Below the pieces are notes generated by a model. It was not told the origin of the DNA and made no database searches. It saw nothing but the letters and a program-made list of their open reading frames with translations. 64,000 bases of DNA from a virus. The stretch is from positions 46,253-110,252 of IMG/VR virus record IMGVR_UViG_3300043775_001610; one strand, written 5' to 3'. The position numbers and the translations under genes were made by a program. This document shows positions 28,664 through 39,382 of this stretch, piece after piece (the first letter of the stretch is position 1; every line of letters begins with the position of its first letter).

Positions 28664-29589
28664 GGTCAATAGTACAAGGCCTAGGAATAGATATGGTTGG
28701 AGAAACATCCAACGACTTTTTAGCATACTGCCCATTTCATTCAAATAGACACACATCAAGCTTTAGTATAAGTAAAACAAAGGGTGCCTACATTTGTTTT
28801 AACCCTTCTTGCGGTGAGGCTGGAACCTTAAGCGATCTAGTAAAAAAGATTTTAAACAAAAATGAATTTCAGTCTTTAAGATATATTGAATCAAAGCAGT
28901 CTGAGTCGCTAGAAAATTTTGATGAATCATTAAAGGATATCTTAGAAGATAAGCCAGACTTTATTGAATTTCCAGCAGACAAATTGATTAACTTGCATAA
29001 TGGATTAATTAACAGCAACAAAGCTCAGGAATATTTAAAGTCTCGTGGTATTGATTTAGATTCAATTAAACATTTTTCATTAGGATATTCAGAAAATATG
29101 GACATGATAACTGTTCCAGTTCATAGTCCAGACGGAATAGCCGTAGGTGTTGTTGGAAGATCTATTTCTGATAAGAGGTTTAAGAATAGCAAAGACCTTC
29201 CAAGAAGTAAGACTATGTTTAATATACACCGTGCTAAAAAAATTGGAGATAGGGTTATTGTTGTAGAGTCCAGTTTTGATGCAATTCGTGTTCACCAAGC
29301 TGGATTTCCAAATGTTGTTGCTACGCTTGGTGGTCATATATCTGGACAAAACCTTAGTCTATTGAATAGATATTTTAATACAGTTATTATTATGACAGAT
29401 GCAGACAAGGCGGGGAGAGATTTAGGCTCAACAATTGCATATAAACTAAGTAACAAAAACATCTTGTGGGCATCGCATTCTTATGGTAGAATATATCCAG
29501 AGGGTGTAAAAGATGCAGGTGATATGTCTGATGAAGATATTAAAGCCTGTATAACAAATGCCATATCTAATTTCGAATACAGAACTTAA
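28600..29589 (+). CDS. dnaG: DNA primase (Zn finger plus TOPRIM)
   Basis: CPFH...CFNPSC; VESSFD; DADKAG; KDAGD. Likely start at 28600. Confidence 0.9.
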   Translation: MAIRGYDTRKVDTTEYSHAHIRSIVQGLGIDMVGETSNDFLAYCPFHSNRHTSSFSISKTKGAYICFNPSCGEAGTLSDLVKKILNKNEFQSLRYIESKQSESLENFDESLKDILEDKPDFIEFPADKLINLHNGLINSNKAQEYLKSRGIDLDSIKHFSLGYSENMDMITVPVHSPDGIAVGVVGRSISDKRFKNSKDLPRSKTMFNIHRAKKIGDRVIVVESSFDAIRVHQAGFPNVVATLGGHISGQNLSLLNRYFNTVIIMTDADKAGRDLGSTIAYKLSNKNILWASHSYGRIYPEGVKDAGDMSDEDIKACITNAISNFEYRT

Positions 29590-29641
29590 AAAATACGTGG
29601 TTACAAACGGATATATACCGTTACATACATAAGGAGAAAAA

Positions 29642-30316
29642 ATGGGAATAGTAAAAGGTTTGTCAGGAATGACAAAAGCAATGGACAAGGTTACATACAC
29701 TAGTTCAGAAGATAGCAAGGCAAAATGGTTAAAGATTGAAGATGGAGAAGCTGTCAAGATTCGCTTCTTACAAGAGCTTGATCCAGATTCACCACACTAT
29801 AATGAAAAAATGGGTTGCGGATTTTTTGCAATTGAGCACACGAACCCTAAAGATTACCGCCGTAAGGCATTAGATACAATGGAAGATGAAGGCCGTGACT
29901 GGGCTCAAGAGCAGCACCGCAAGGATCCAAAGGCTGGATGGGGTGCAAGAAAGCGTCTCTACATTAATGTTCTAGTCGATGACGGAAAGACTGAGCCATA
30001 TGTAGCAATTCTTTCTCAGGGAGTAAGTGGTAAAACAATTACACCAACACTGATTGAGTATGCAAATGAAATGGGAAGTATAACAAACCTAATGTGGCGT
30101 GTAAAGCGCAGTGGTCTTAAGACAGACACAAGCTATACTATTATCCCTTTGGCTAAAGATGAAAAGCCATTTGACTTTTCTGCTGTTGAGCTTTTTGATT
30201 TAGAAAAGACAGCAGTGCGTAGTGTTCCATACGCAGAGCAGGAAGCATTTTATACTGGTGAGTCAGCTCCAGAAGAGCGAGATTCATCTTCAACAAGTAG
30301 CAGCGTCGACTGGTAA
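29642..30316 (+). CDS. Phage single-stranded DNA-binding protein (gp32-like)
   Basis: KIRFL...RSGLKTDTSY, acidic and Ser-rich tail, strong SD, between primase and polymerase. Confidence 0.65.
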   Translation: MGIVKGLSGMTKAMDKVTYTSSEDSKAKWLKIEDGEAVKIRFLQELDPDSPHYNEKMGCGFFAIEHTNPKDYRRKALDTMEDEGRDWAQEQHRKDPKAGWGARKRLYINVLVDDGKTEPYVAILSQGVSGKTITPTLIEYANEMGSITNLMWRVKRSGLKTDTSYTIIPLAKDEKPFDFSAVELFDLEKTAVRSVPYAEQEAFYTGESAPEERDSSSTSSSVDW

Positions 30317-30341
30317 CAGAGAGTATAGGCGGAGAATTAAG

Positions 30342-33300
30342 TTGAACTTCACACATTTGCATGTGCATTCTTTCTATTCATTAATGGATGGGCTTAATTC
30401 TCCTGCCGAACTTGTAAAGGCTGCTAAAGAGGCTGGTCAAACTTTCTTGGCAATTACTGATCATGGAACATTATCTTCTCACCGTGAAATGCAAATAGCA
30501 TGCAAAGAGCAAGGAATCAAGCCGATACTTGGCGTTGAAGCATATATTTCACCGACAGATAGATTTGATAGATCTTCAAAAACTGATAAATCTATTCAGG
30601 CTTACAATCATATTATTCTTTTAGCTAAAAATAAAAAGGGTCTAGAGAATATAAACACACTCCAAGAGCTTGCTTGGACAGAAGGCTTTTATCACAAGCC
30701 AAGAATTGACAGAGAGGTTTTAAACGATTATGCAGAAGGTATTATTGTATTGTCTGGATGTCTTAACGGTCTTATTTCTAAGGCTATTGAAAAAGGCGAG
30801 TTCTCTGAAGCTAAAATGGTTCTCAAAGATTTTCAGAAAACTTTTGGTAAAGACTTTTATGTTGAGGTTCAATCTCACAACCCCGAAGAAATAAACTCAA
30901 AGCTGCTTGAATTTGCAGATGAGTTGGGAATCAAGGCGGTGGCAACAGGTGATGCCCACTTCGCTAAAGAAGAAGATAGAGTTTTAGAAGAAGCAATGCT
31001 TATTCTATCAACATCTCCTAAATCAGATAAAGATGCTGACTTTGATATATCTAGACAAATGCCAAACATGATAGACAGATTTAATTATCTCTATCCAGAC
31101 CGTAGAATATCGTTTCAAGACTATAATCTATTTATTCAAAGCAGGTCTGAAATTGAGGCGGACTTTAATAAAGTAGGCATTACTCGTACAGATATATATG
31201 ATAATACAATGGAAATTGCTAATAAGATTGGTGAGTATGACTTCCATGAGGGCCTAGATCTGCTGCCTATCCCAAAGACCAATGCTGATAAGAAACTGTC
31301 TGATATGGCCTTAGAAGGCCTTAAAAGACTATCTCTTGACAAAGATCAGGTCTACTTAGATAGAATTGCAGAAGAGTTATCTATAATTAAAGATAAGGCA
31401 TTTGCCTCATATTTCCTAGTTGTAGCAGATATGATTACATGGGCTAAATCAAATAATATTATGGTTGGTCCAGGTCGTGGTTCTGCAGCAGGCTCATTAG
31501 TTTGCTATGCTCTTGGAATTACGGATGTAGATCCAATTAAATATGATTTACTTTTCTTTAGATTTATTAACCCTGAGCGTAATGACTTCCCAGACATTGA
31601 TACAGATTTTGAAGACCGCCGACGTAAAGAAGTAAAAGATTATTTAAAGAAGAAGTTTAAACACGTTGCATCTATTTCCACATTTACTTATTTTAAAGAT
31701 AAGGGTGTTATTAGAGATGCTGCTAGAGTGTTTATGGTTCCTCTTTCAGATGTTAATCGTGCAATGAAATCTATCGATACGTTTGAAGATTTTATGGATT
31801 CACCAAACACAAAAGAGTTCAGAGCAAAGTACCCAGAGGTGACTTGGCTTGCGGAAAGGCTTCGTGGAAAGATTCGAAGTGTTGGAGTGCATGCTGCAGG
31901 TGTTGTCGTAGCAAAAGATGATTTAAGAAAGTATGCACCAATAGAGTCTAGAGCCGATGCAAATGATGAGGTATCTGGAAGAATTCCAGTCGTGGCATAC
32001 GATATGGATACGGTTGCAGATATAGGTCTTATTAAGCTAGATGCCCTAGGTCTTAAGACTTTATCTGTGATCTCAGATACATTAAAATCAGTTAAGGATA
32101 GACACGGTAAAGAAATTGATCTTTACTCCATACCACTTGACGATCAAAAAGTTTACAAGATGTTTAATGATGGATATACAAAGGGTGTTTTCCAAGCAGA
32201 AGCAACACCATACACAAACCTTCTAATCAAAATGCAGGTAGATAAGTTTGAAGATCTTGCAGCATCCAATGCTCTGGTTAGACCAGGTGCAATGAATACT
32301 GTCGGTGCTTCATATATTAAGCGTAAGCATGGAAATGAAGCAGTTAACTATATCCACCCAATTATGAAACCATTTACAGAAAACACATATGGGGTTATTA
32401 TTTATCAAGAGCAGGTTATGCAAGCATGCGTACACCTTGGAGGAATGACTTGGTCAGAAGCTGATAAGGTTAGAAAGGTTATTGGTAAAAAGCAAGATGC
32501 AAAGGAACTCAGTCCGTTCAAAGATAAGTTTATTCAAGGCGCTAAAAAGCATATCAGCTCCGATGAAGCAGAAAGTCTCTGGAAAACATTCGAAGCTCAC
32601 GCTGGATACTCATTCAATCGTAGTCACGCTGTCGCTTATTCTATGCTTTCTTATTATACCGCTTGGCTTAAGTGCTATTATCCTTTGGAATTTTTATTCT
32701 CGATCCTTAAGAATGAAGGAGACAAGGACGCCAGAACAGGTTATTTGATTGAGGCTAAAAGGCTTGGTATTAAAGTTAAGCTGCCACATGTAAATGAATC
32801 AGATGTAAACTTTTCACTACAAAAAGATTCAATTAGATTTGGTTTAGCTGAAGTTAAATTTATTTCAGACAGCATTGCAAATAAAATTATTGAAAAGAGA
32901 CCGTATGAAAACTATAAAGATTTTGTTGACAAAGCATCCAAAAAGGGTAGCGGCATTAACTCTAGGGCCGTTAATTCTCTCAATGCTATTGGGGGTGCTG
33001 CTTTTGATGATAATCCTAGAAGCGGTAAAGAAGGAGAGTCTTATTACGAATTTTTAGGAATACCTTCGTTTAATCTTTCTAACTTAGAGCCAAGGGTCAA
33101 GGCACAAGCTAGACCTATTGATGAGTTTGAAGAGCTAGGATCGTTTGTTATGTTTGGTATGGCTAAAAGCATAAAGCGTGGGAATGGTTGGTCACGAATA
33201 GAACTTGTTGATGAAAGTGGATCAGTTGGGCTGTTCGATATTGAGCAGACAAAAATAGAAACAAACAAAATGTATTTTGTTTTAGTTGGAGACAATAGAA

Positions 33301-33611
33301 TATCTAGATATATAGATGTAGATTCTATTACCAAAGATTCAGATGATCCATTTGTAAAGTATTTATATGCAAAGTCTTACCCTATTGACGAAAATCAAAG
33401 GTTTGTGATAAGCTATACTCCATATAAAACAAAAGCTGGAAAAACCATGGCTCACCTTGTAATGTCAGATAAAGATAAGAATCTAAATAGAGCAATTGTA
33501 TTTTCAAGCATGTATCCGATTTCTTTGGCAAAAATGCGAGAGGGAATGATATGCGAGCCAGTTCTAAAAACTTTAGAAGATGGAACACTTATGGTTAAGG
33601 AAGTAAAATGA
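30342..33611 (+). CDS. dnaE: DNA polymerase III alpha subunit
   Basis: PHP motifs HLHVHS and TDHG; GRGSAAGS; FPDIDTDF; HAAGVV; YSFNRSH. TTG start after SD GGAG. Confidence 0.95.
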   Translation: MNFTHLHVHSFYSLMDGLNSPAELVKAAKEAGQTFLAITDHGTLSSHREMQIACKEQGIKPILGVEAYISPTDRFDRSSKTDKSIQAYNHIILLAKNKKGLENINTLQELAWTEGFYHKPRIDREVLNDYAEGIIVLSGCLNGLISKAIEKGEFSEAKMVLKDFQKTFGKDFYVEVQSHNPEEINSKLLEFADELGIKAVATGDAHFAKEEDRVLEEAMLILSTSPKSDKDADFDISRQMPNMIDRFNYLYPDRRISFQDYNLFIQSRSEIEADFNKVGITRTDIYDNTMEIANKIGEYDFHEGLDLLPIPKTNADKKLSDMALEGLKRLSLDKDQVYLDRIAEELSIIKDKAFASYFLVVADMITWAKSNNIMVGPGRGSAAGSLVCYALGITDVDPIKYDLLFFRFINPERNDFPDIDTDFEDRRRKEVKDYLKKKFKHVASISTFTYFKDKGVIRDAARVFMVPLSDVNRAMKSIDTFEDFMDSPNTKEFRAKYPEVTWLAERLRGKIRSVGVHAAGVVVAKDDLRKYAPIESRADANDEVSGRIPVVAYDMDTVADIGLIKLDALGLKTLSVISDTLKSVKDRHGKEIDLYSIPLDDQKVYKMFNDGYTKGVFQAEATPYTNLLIKMQVDKFEDLAASNALVRPGAMNTVGASYIKRKHGNEAVNYIHPIMKPFTENTYGVIIYQEQVMQACVHLGGMTWSEADKVRKVIGKKQDAKELSPFKDKFIQGAKKHISSDEAESLWKTFEAHAGYSFNRSHAVAYSMLSYYTAWLKCYYPLEFLFSILKNEGDKDARTGYLIEAKRLGIKVKLPHVNESDVNFSLQKDSIRFGLAEVKFISDSIANKIIEKRPYENYKDFVDKASKKGSGINSRAVNSLNAIGGAAFDDNPRSGKEGESYYEFLGIPSFNLSNLEPRVKAQARPIDEFEELGSFVMFGMAKSIKRGNGWSRIELVDESGSVGLFDIEQTKIETNKMYFVLVGDNRISRYIDVDSITKDSDDPFVKYLYAKSYPIDENQRFVISYTPYKTKAGKTMAHLVMSDKDKNLNRAIVFSSMYPISLAKMREGMICEPVLKTLEDGTLMVKEVK

Positions 33612-33832
33612 CATATAATGCAGAAGATGTATTTAAGACAATGAATGCCTCTAGAGTTTTAGTGGCTATATTAAGCAAGATGGGTTCTGTTGAAATATCA
33701 ACTGAAGATTTTATAAAAAGTACTAATGACGATATGCAGCTTTCAGTTACATACAATGATGAGTCACTATCTTTTGAGTTTAAGCTAGAGCCACTAGGAT
33801 TTAAATCTGATTATGAATTGGCTAACGATTAA
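33608..33832 (+). CDS. Hypothetical protein
   Basis: Coupled ORF. Confidence 0.6.
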   Translation: MTYNAEDVFKTMNASRVLVAILSKMGSVEISTEDFIKSTNDDMQLSVTYNDESLSFEFKLEPLGFKSDYELAND

Positions 33833-33836
33833 TTAA

Positions 33837-34841
33837 ATGGACATTAACCTAGATGATATTCTGGCAAAGCTGGACCCTAAAACTAGAGCAAGGGTTCAGT
33901 CTGCAGTCGATATTCAAATCGAAAAGCAGCCAACGCCAAGCATAGGTTTAAACTTTGCCTTGAATGGCGGATTTGCTTATGGACGACAGATATTGGTTTG
34001 GGGAAATAAGTCAGCAGGAAAATCTTCATTTTGCTTGCAAATGATAGCACTTGCACAAAAAGAAGGTAAGACTTGTGCTTGGATTGATGCTGAGCATTCT
34101 TATGATCCAGAGTGGGCAGAAAAACTAGGAGTTAATTCAAAAGAACTAATTTATTCTCCAGCTAAAACTGTTAATGACATGGTAGATGTTGCAACAAAGC
34201 TTATGGAAGCAGGAGTTGATTTAATAGTAGTTGATTCTATTTCAGCATTACTACCAGCAATCTACTTTGAAAAAGATGGAAATGAAATGAAGGATTTGCA
34301 AGACACTAAGCAAATCGGCGCAGAAGCAAAGGATATGACTCACGCAGTCAAGATGTTAAATTATGCAAACAAAAACACACTACTTGTTCTCATCTCGCAA
34401 CAGCGAAATCAATTTGGATCTATGCATGCTAGTCACATCCCAACAGGTGGCATGGCAGTCAAGTTCTTTTCTTCCACGGTCATCAAGCTCTGGTCTTCAG
34501 AAGCTGAGGCTAATGCTATTAAAGCTGGCATTAAGGTTGGCGACAAAATTATTGAACAAAGAGTTGGGCGACCAGTTAATTGGATTGTTGATTACAACAA
34601 AGTCGGCCCCCCAAATTTATCAGGACAGTACGACTTTTACTACCAAGGGCAAGCTCTTGGTATAGATTATGTTGGAGAAACATTAGATGTTGCAGAAATG
34701 TGCGGCATTATTGAAAAGGGTGGAGCATGGTATACAGTAAATGGAGAACGTTTTCAAGGACGTGCAAAGGCTGTAGCATATTTAAAGGAAAATCCAGATG
34801 TTGTAGACAGCTTAATAGGAGAAATAAATGCCAAACATTAA
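33837..34841 (+). CDS. recA: RecA-like recombinase
   Basis: GNKSAGKS, WIDAEHS, VVDSI, GGMAVKF, KGGAWY. Confidence 0.93.
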   Translation: MDINLDDILAKLDPKTRARVQSAVDIQIEKQPTPSIGLNFALNGGFAYGRQILVWGNKSAGKSSFCLQMIALAQKEGKTCAWIDAEHSYDPEWAEKLGVNSKELIYSPAKTVNDMVDVATKLMEAGVDLIVVDSISALLPAIYFEKDGNEMKDLQDTKQIGAEAKDMTHAVKMLNYANKNTLLVLISQQRNQFGSMHASHIPTGGMAVKFFSSTVIKLWSSEAEANAIKAGIKVGDKIIEQRVGRPVNWIVDYNKVGPPNLSGQYDFYYQGQALGIDYVGETLDVAEMCGIIEKGGAWYTVNGERFQGRAKAVAYLKENPDVVDSLIGEINAKH

Positions 34842-35019
34842 TGAGTTTTTTGGTTCAAAGAATGAAGAGCCTGTAGATAGCAGAGTTGAAAAGATAGAGC
34901 AGCAAAGACCATGCAGTAAATGTGAATTGTATGCTCCATATTATAATTTTAATCAGGCTACTTTAGAGATGTACTGGAAATGCCCATCTGGTCATGAGAC
35001 AAAGCACAAGCTTAACTGA
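34828..35019 (+). CDS. Small Zn-binding protein
   Basis: CSKC...CPSGH. Confidence 0.6.
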   Translation: MPNINEFFGSKNEEPVDSRVEKIEQQRPCSKCELYAPYYNFNQATLEMYWKCPSGHETKHKLN

Positions 35020-35327
35020 TGTCAGAAAGAGCAGAAGTAAAAAGAGATGGCGCCAAGGCACAGAAGAATAGTGGCCGTGGGGAATATCAAAAAGGTGATG
35101 CTAAGTGGAAAAATTTTGTAGTAGACTACAAAGAATCCAAAGCTTCATTTAATTTAAATAAAGATGTATGGGCTAAAATCTGTACAGATACTTTTAAGGT
35201 TAGCAGGGACATGCATCCAGCCCTTAAAATTATTATTGGTGGGGATTCCAAGGTCCGTCTTGGAATCATAGAGTGGTCAGTACTAGAAGAACTGATCACA
35301 TTTTGGGAGGAAAATAAAAATGGCTAA
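35019..35327 (+). CDS. PD-(D/E)xK-type nuclease or resolvase-like protein
   Basis: NSGRG...KGDA...VDYKE. Confidence 0.6.
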   Translation: MSERAEVKRDGAKAQKNSGRGEYQKGDAKWKNFVVDYKESKASFNLNKDVWAKICTDTFKVSRDMHPALKIIIGGDSKVRLGIIEWSVLEELITFWEENKNG

Positions 35328-35712
35328 TCCGATTATTACAATCGTTGGAAGAGTTGGCAGTGAACCAGAATCTGTTGGATCAAACGGTCTTAGATTCAGA
35401 GTTGCAACCAATGATCGTGTCAAGAATGATACTACTGGTGAGTGGGAAGACAAAAACACTTCATGGTGGACTGTCAAGGCTTGGCGTACCCTTGCAGATC
35501 AATCAAAGTCTGTGATTAAAAAGGGCATGGAAGTTATTATCGTTGGAAAGATTTATGAAGAAAACTGGACAGATAAGGATGGCGTTAAGAGAAGCTCATA
35601 TGAAATTAACGCAGACTCAATCTCAGTAACAGCATACACGTTGTCTAAGGACAAGTCTCCAAGTAATAACGACTTCCCTTCATACAAGACATATGCTGAG
35701 GTTCCATTCTAA
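35320..35712 (+). CDS. ssb: Bacterial-type SSB
   Basis: ITIVGRVG...FRVATN...KG.EVIIVG; C-terminal EVPF. Confidence 0.88.
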   Translation: MANPIITIVGRVGSEPESVGSNGLRFRVATNDRVKNDTTGEWEDKNTSWWTVKAWRTLADQSKSVIKKGMEVIIVGKIYEENWTDKDGVKRSSYEINADSISVTAYTLSKDKSPSNNDFPSYKTYAEVPF

Positions 35713-35816
35713 TGCTATACTTTGTTTATGGAACCCTGTTTGGTTTTGTTGTTGGATATGGAGTCGGTCTATTAATGGATAAGTGGGATAAAAAGATTAA
35801 AAATGACAGAGGATAA
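35712..35816 (+). CDS. 34-aa single-TM microprotein
   Basis: MLYFVYGTLFGFVVGYGVGLLMDKWDKKIKNDRG fills the gap and is coupled to both neighbours. Confidence 0.55.
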   Translation: MLYFVYGTLFGFVVGYGVGLLMDKWDKKIKNDRG

Positions 35817-36141
35817 GAATACATTAGAGTTAATTAATTCTATAACAGAGTTTAATGATCTACATGAGTATATGAACGATGCTCAGTTAGACAGAGCACT
35901 AGCTGTTATAGTAAAACTTTTATTAAATCCAGATGTACCTGCTGCAAAAGCTCCTCAACTTATTATTGAGCTTCAAGCTATGTCAACTAAGTTTGCTATG
36001 ATGGCATCTTACTATTCAACAATAGCAAAAGATAAAGCGGGGACAATGAACAATAATAAGAAAAATATATATTATTCAGCAAAGGAGTCCATAGACAAAC
36101 TTGTAGATGCACTTAAGTATGTCGTTAGGTATAATTTGTAA
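35803..36141 (+). CDS. Hypothetical protein
   Basis: Helical ORF in the recombination block. Confidence 0.65.
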   Translation: MTEDKNTLELINSITEFNDLHEYMNDAQLDRALAVIVKLLLNPDVPAAKAPQLIIELQAMSTKFAMMASYYSTIAKDKAGTMNNNKKNIYYSAKESIDKLVDALKYVVRYNL

Positions 36142-36929
36142 TGGGTAGAAACATAGTTAAAAATTTAAAGTTTAAAAAGCATACTGGCAAGTTCTTTGAC
36201 CCAGAGCTTTTTGCATCAATGCTTGATGAGTCATATAAAAATACTAAAAGAGCAGATGGTGAAATGACAAAGAAGTCTTTCAGCCCAAGCTCTTTGGGTT
36301 ACGGTCATGGAACATGCCCAAGGTATTGGTATATGGCTTTTTCTGGCGCAGTCTTTATTGACAATAATGATGCTGTTGCAGTCGCTAACATGGCTCAGGG
36401 AACCCAAGCCCACGAGAGACTTCAGAACTTAATTAAAACTATGCCTCAGTGGGTTGCCGAAGAAGAAGAAATTATAAATGAGTATCCTCCAATTCGTGGC
36501 TTTATTGATCTTATCATGGAGTATGATGGCGAAACTGTTATTGGTGAAATAAAAACAGCAAAGCAAGAGGTGTGGGATACAAGGCAGGCAGAGATGAGCC
36601 CATCCCCAAACCATCTGCTGCAGCTCTTAACATATATGAAGCTTAAGGATGCTAAAGAAGGATTCTTCCTGTATGAGAATAAAAATACTCAAGAGATCTT
36701 AATTATTCCAGTATCAATGAATGATAGGAATAAAAAGATTATAGAAGACACTTTCTTGTGGATGAGAGAGGTCTGGGATAACTTTAAGGAAGGCGACCTT
36801 CCTATGAAGCCAGAAGGTGCAACAAAAACTAAGATGCCTTGTACATACTGCCCAATTAAAAAAGAGTGTTATTCAAAAGACACACCAGTTGGAACGGTAC
36901 AGATAGAAAGATTTAAGGTCCTCCTGTAA
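36141..36929 (+). CDS. Cas4-like PD-(D/E)xK exonuclease
   Basis: CPRY...GFID...EIKT...QLLTY...CTYCPIKKEC. Confidence 0.85.
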   Translation: MGRNIVKNLKFKKHTGKFFDPELFASMLDESYKNTKRADGEMTKKSFSPSSLGYGHGTCPRYWYMAFSGAVFIDNNDAVAVANMAQGTQAHERLQNLIKTMPQWVAEEEEIINEYPPIRGFIDLIMEYDGETVIGEIKTAKQEVWDTRQAEMSPSPNHLLQLLTYMKLKDAKEGFFLYENKNTQEILIIPVSMNDRNKKIIEDTFLWMREVWDNFKEGDLPMKPEGATKTKMPCTYCPIKKECYSKDTPVGTVQIERFKVLL

Positions 36930-37222
36930 TGATATGCGCTAATTCAGATTGCATAAATGGAAAAGAGTTTACCCCAAAAACACATAATCAAAAATATTGT
37001 TCAGATGATTGCTGCAGAATTGCAACAAATAAAAAGATTATGGAGAAATACTATGAAAAAAAAGCAATTAGATCTGGACAAAAAAGACTATGCAAGTCAT
37101 GCAGCTCAAGTTTGAGCAGATATAATACTTTAGACATATGCTCTAGATGTGAAAAAAATAACTCTAAGTCTGATAGAAGCAAGATATTAAGGATGATACG
37201 TGACTCTGGCGAAATTATCTAG
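36929..37222 (+). CDS. Cys-rich Zn-finger protein
   Basis: Multiple CxxC motifs; QKYCSDDC. Confidence 0.7.
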   Translation: MICANSDCINGKEFTPKTHNQKYCSDDCCRIATNKKIMEKYYEKKAIRSGQKRLCKSCSSSLSRYNTLDICSRCEKNNSKSDRSKILRMIRDSGEII

Positions 37223-37766
37223 GACAAAAGCAAGCAGAGTCCTTGGGATAGATGCATCAACATCATCTGTTGCCTTTTGTTTAATCGAAGGTAGCACACC
37301 AATTAAATGGGGTAAGATTAATTTAGTTGGAAATGATATATACGAAAAAATTTATAATGCTAAAAGTAGAGTTGCGATGATGCTAGATGAGCTAAAAAGC
37401 GATTACATTGCCGTAGAAGGAGCTATACTTGTCAGATCACCAGATGCTGTGATAAAATTATCATATGTTTATGGTGTTGTCATTGCTGAGCTTATGTCTA
37501 CGGGTGCTTCAGTTATCACTATATCTCCTAGCTCTTGGCAAGCGTATATTGGAAACAAAAACCCTACCAAAGAAGAGAAGGCAGCAATACGTTTAGCCAA
37601 TCCAGGATACGCAGACTCATGGTACAAAAACCAGTTAAGGAATATGCGTAAGCAAAGAACGGCAGATTACTTTAATAAAAAACATGGTTTATCTATAGAA
37701 GATTTTGATGTAGCTGATGCATTCGGCATCGCTTATTATGCTAGAGAGGTTCTCACAAATAAATGA
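37200..37766 (+). CDS. ruvC: RuvC-like Holliday junction resolvase
   Basis: VLGIDAS, IAVEG, DVADAFGIA. Confidence 0.85.
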   Translation: MTLAKLSRTKASRVLGIDASTSSVAFCLIEGSTPIKWGKINLVGNDIYEKIYNAKSRVAMMLDELKSDYIAVEGAILVRSPDAVIKLSYVYGVVIAELMSTGASVITISPSSWQAYIGNKNPTKEEKAAIRLANPGYADSWYKNQLRNMRKQRTADYFNKKHGLSIEDFDVADAFGIAYYAREVLTNK

Positions 37767-38353
37767 CACAAGTATGGAACGATAGAAGTGCACAGGAAGA
37801 GTTTGTTTTAGAACTTCTAGATAATAAAAAAGAAGGATACTATGTTGAGCTAGGAGCATTTCATTCAAAAAATGGAAGCAACACTAATAGACTAGAGAAT
37901 GAGTTCGGTTGGAAAGGTGTCTCCTTTGAAATTAAAGAAGACCTAAGAAAAGAATTTAATGAAAATAGATCTAACCCATGTATGGGTGATGCTCTGGATT
38001 TTAATTACATATCTTACTTTGAAGAAAATTCATTCCCTAAACAAATAGATTACCTTCAGGTAGATATTGATTCTGGGTACCAGCTAAATGGAAGGCCAGA
38101 CGGCAACGCATACACAAGTTTGCACGGACTACTAGCAGTACCGCTAAATTCTTATAGATTTACAGTAATTACATTTGAGCATGATGCAAATATGTATTGG
38201 CGCAACGCTGCAATGAGAGATGTTCAGAGAGAAATATTAGACTCACTTGGGTATTCAATTGTTGTTAGAACGGAATCAGAAGACTGGTGGGTTGACCCAA
38301 CAGTTATTGATTTAGAATCATACAGAAAGCATTTTAGATGGGATCATCTGTGA
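37763..38353 (+). CDS. FkbM-like SAM-dependent methyltransferase
   Basis: YVELGA...SNT...LE...WKG; IDYLQVDID; ITFEHD. Confidence 0.75.
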   Translation: MTQVWNDRSAQEEFVLELLDNKKEGYYVELGAFHSKNGSNTNRLENEFGWKGVSFEIKEDLRKEFNENRSNPCMGDALDFNYISYFEENSFPKQIDYLQVDIDSGYQLNGRPDGNAYTSLHGLLAVPLNSYRFTVITFEHDANMYWRNAAMRDVQREILDSLGYSIVVRTESEDWWVDPTVIDLESYRKHFRWDHL

Positions 38354-38490
38354 AAATGTATAAAAATAAAGATTGGCTACATAGAAGATACGTTGTTCAA
38401 AGAAAAAGTATGGAAGAAATTGCACAAGAATGTGGCGTAACAGTTATGACCATATACAGAGCATTAAAAGAAAAGGGCTTAATTAAATGA
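38350..38490 (+). CDS. 46-aa HTH microprotein
   Basis: KSMEEIAQECGVTVMTIYRALK; below the ORF-track cutoff. Confidence 0.7.
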   Translation: MKMYKNKDWLHRRYVVQRKSMEEIAQECGVTVMTIYRALKEKGLIK

Positions 38491-38828
38491 CACCTACACC
38501 AGTTTTCGAAGATTCAAAAGTATTTAAATACGATGACCTTTATTTGCTTACAGTAGGGACAGAAGCTGGTAAAGAAATTCTATCAACATGCCTTGATATT
38601 GCTCATATGCTTATAAAGAAAAATATTTCATATGGAAATTCAGCCCTAGATCCAGTTCGTATATTTTCCAAGGCGGGCCCAAGAGAGCAGCTATACGTCA
38701 GAATTGATGATAAGTTAAATAGATTAATTAAGGGAGAAGAATATCCAGGTGATAATGATATTGATGACCTTATTGGATATTTGATATTACTCAAGGTTGC
38801 TAAGGAATTTGCTATTTCAGTCGACTAG
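38487..38828 (+). CDS. DUF1599-like (nucleotide-modification-associated) protein
   Basis: KKNISYGNS...RIDDKLNRL...DLIGYLIL. Confidence 0.7.
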   Translation: MTPTPVFEDSKVFKYDDLYLLTVGTEAGKEILSTCLDIAHMLIKKNISYGNSALDPVRIFSKAGPREQLYVRIDDKLNRLIKGEEYPGDNDIDDLIGYLILLKVAKEFAISVD

Positions 38829-38845
38829 AAGTATAATGTATTTAT

Positions 38846-39382
38846 ATGGAAATTGAACTAGCTGATCATTTTGATCGTATGAATAAAGTAGTTGAAGAAC
38901 TACTTAGGGGCAACAGCCCTACACAGATTGCTACCCTGACTGGTCTTAAGAGGGCAGAAGTCATTGAGCTAATAGATGAGTGGAAAAGTGTTGTCCACAA
39001 CGATACATCAGCCCGTGAACGTGCTAAGGAGGCTATCTCTGGAGCTGACCAACACTATGCGATGCTGATAAAAGAAGCATGGAAAACAGTTGAAGACGCT
39101 GATCAAGCAGGTCAGCTTAGTGTTAAATCTGGTGCACTTAAGCTAATCGCTGACATTGAGGGCAAAAGAATTGGAATGTTACAAGAAGTCGGTTTGCTTG
39201 ACAACGCAGAGATGGCAGGACAGATAGCGGAGGCGGAAAGAAAACAAGAAGTTCTAGTTAAGATTCTAAAAGAAGTTACTGCAACATGTCCTAAGTGTAA
39301 GATGGAAGTAGCTAAACGTTTATCACAAATTACTGGAATTGTTGAGCCTATAGAGATTATTGAGGAAGTCAGTGGAATTTAA
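38846..39382 (+). CDS. Terminase small subunit (putative)
   Basis: N-terminal HTH, helical body, directly upstream of TerL. Confidence 0.65.
   Translation: MEIELADHFDRMNKVVEELLRGNSPTQIATLTGLKRAEVIELIDEWKSVVHNDTSARERAKEAISGADQHYAMLIKEAWKTVEDADQAGQLSVKSGALKLIADIEGKRIGMLQEVGLLDNAEMAGQIAEAERKQEVLVKILKEVTATCPKCKMEVAKRLSQITGIVEPIEIIEEVSGI

Noticed and set aside
36141-36929. Cas4-like gene as part of a CRISPR system
   Set aside because: No repeat-spacer array or other cas genes were seen; standalone Cas4-like nucleases are common in phage recombination modules.
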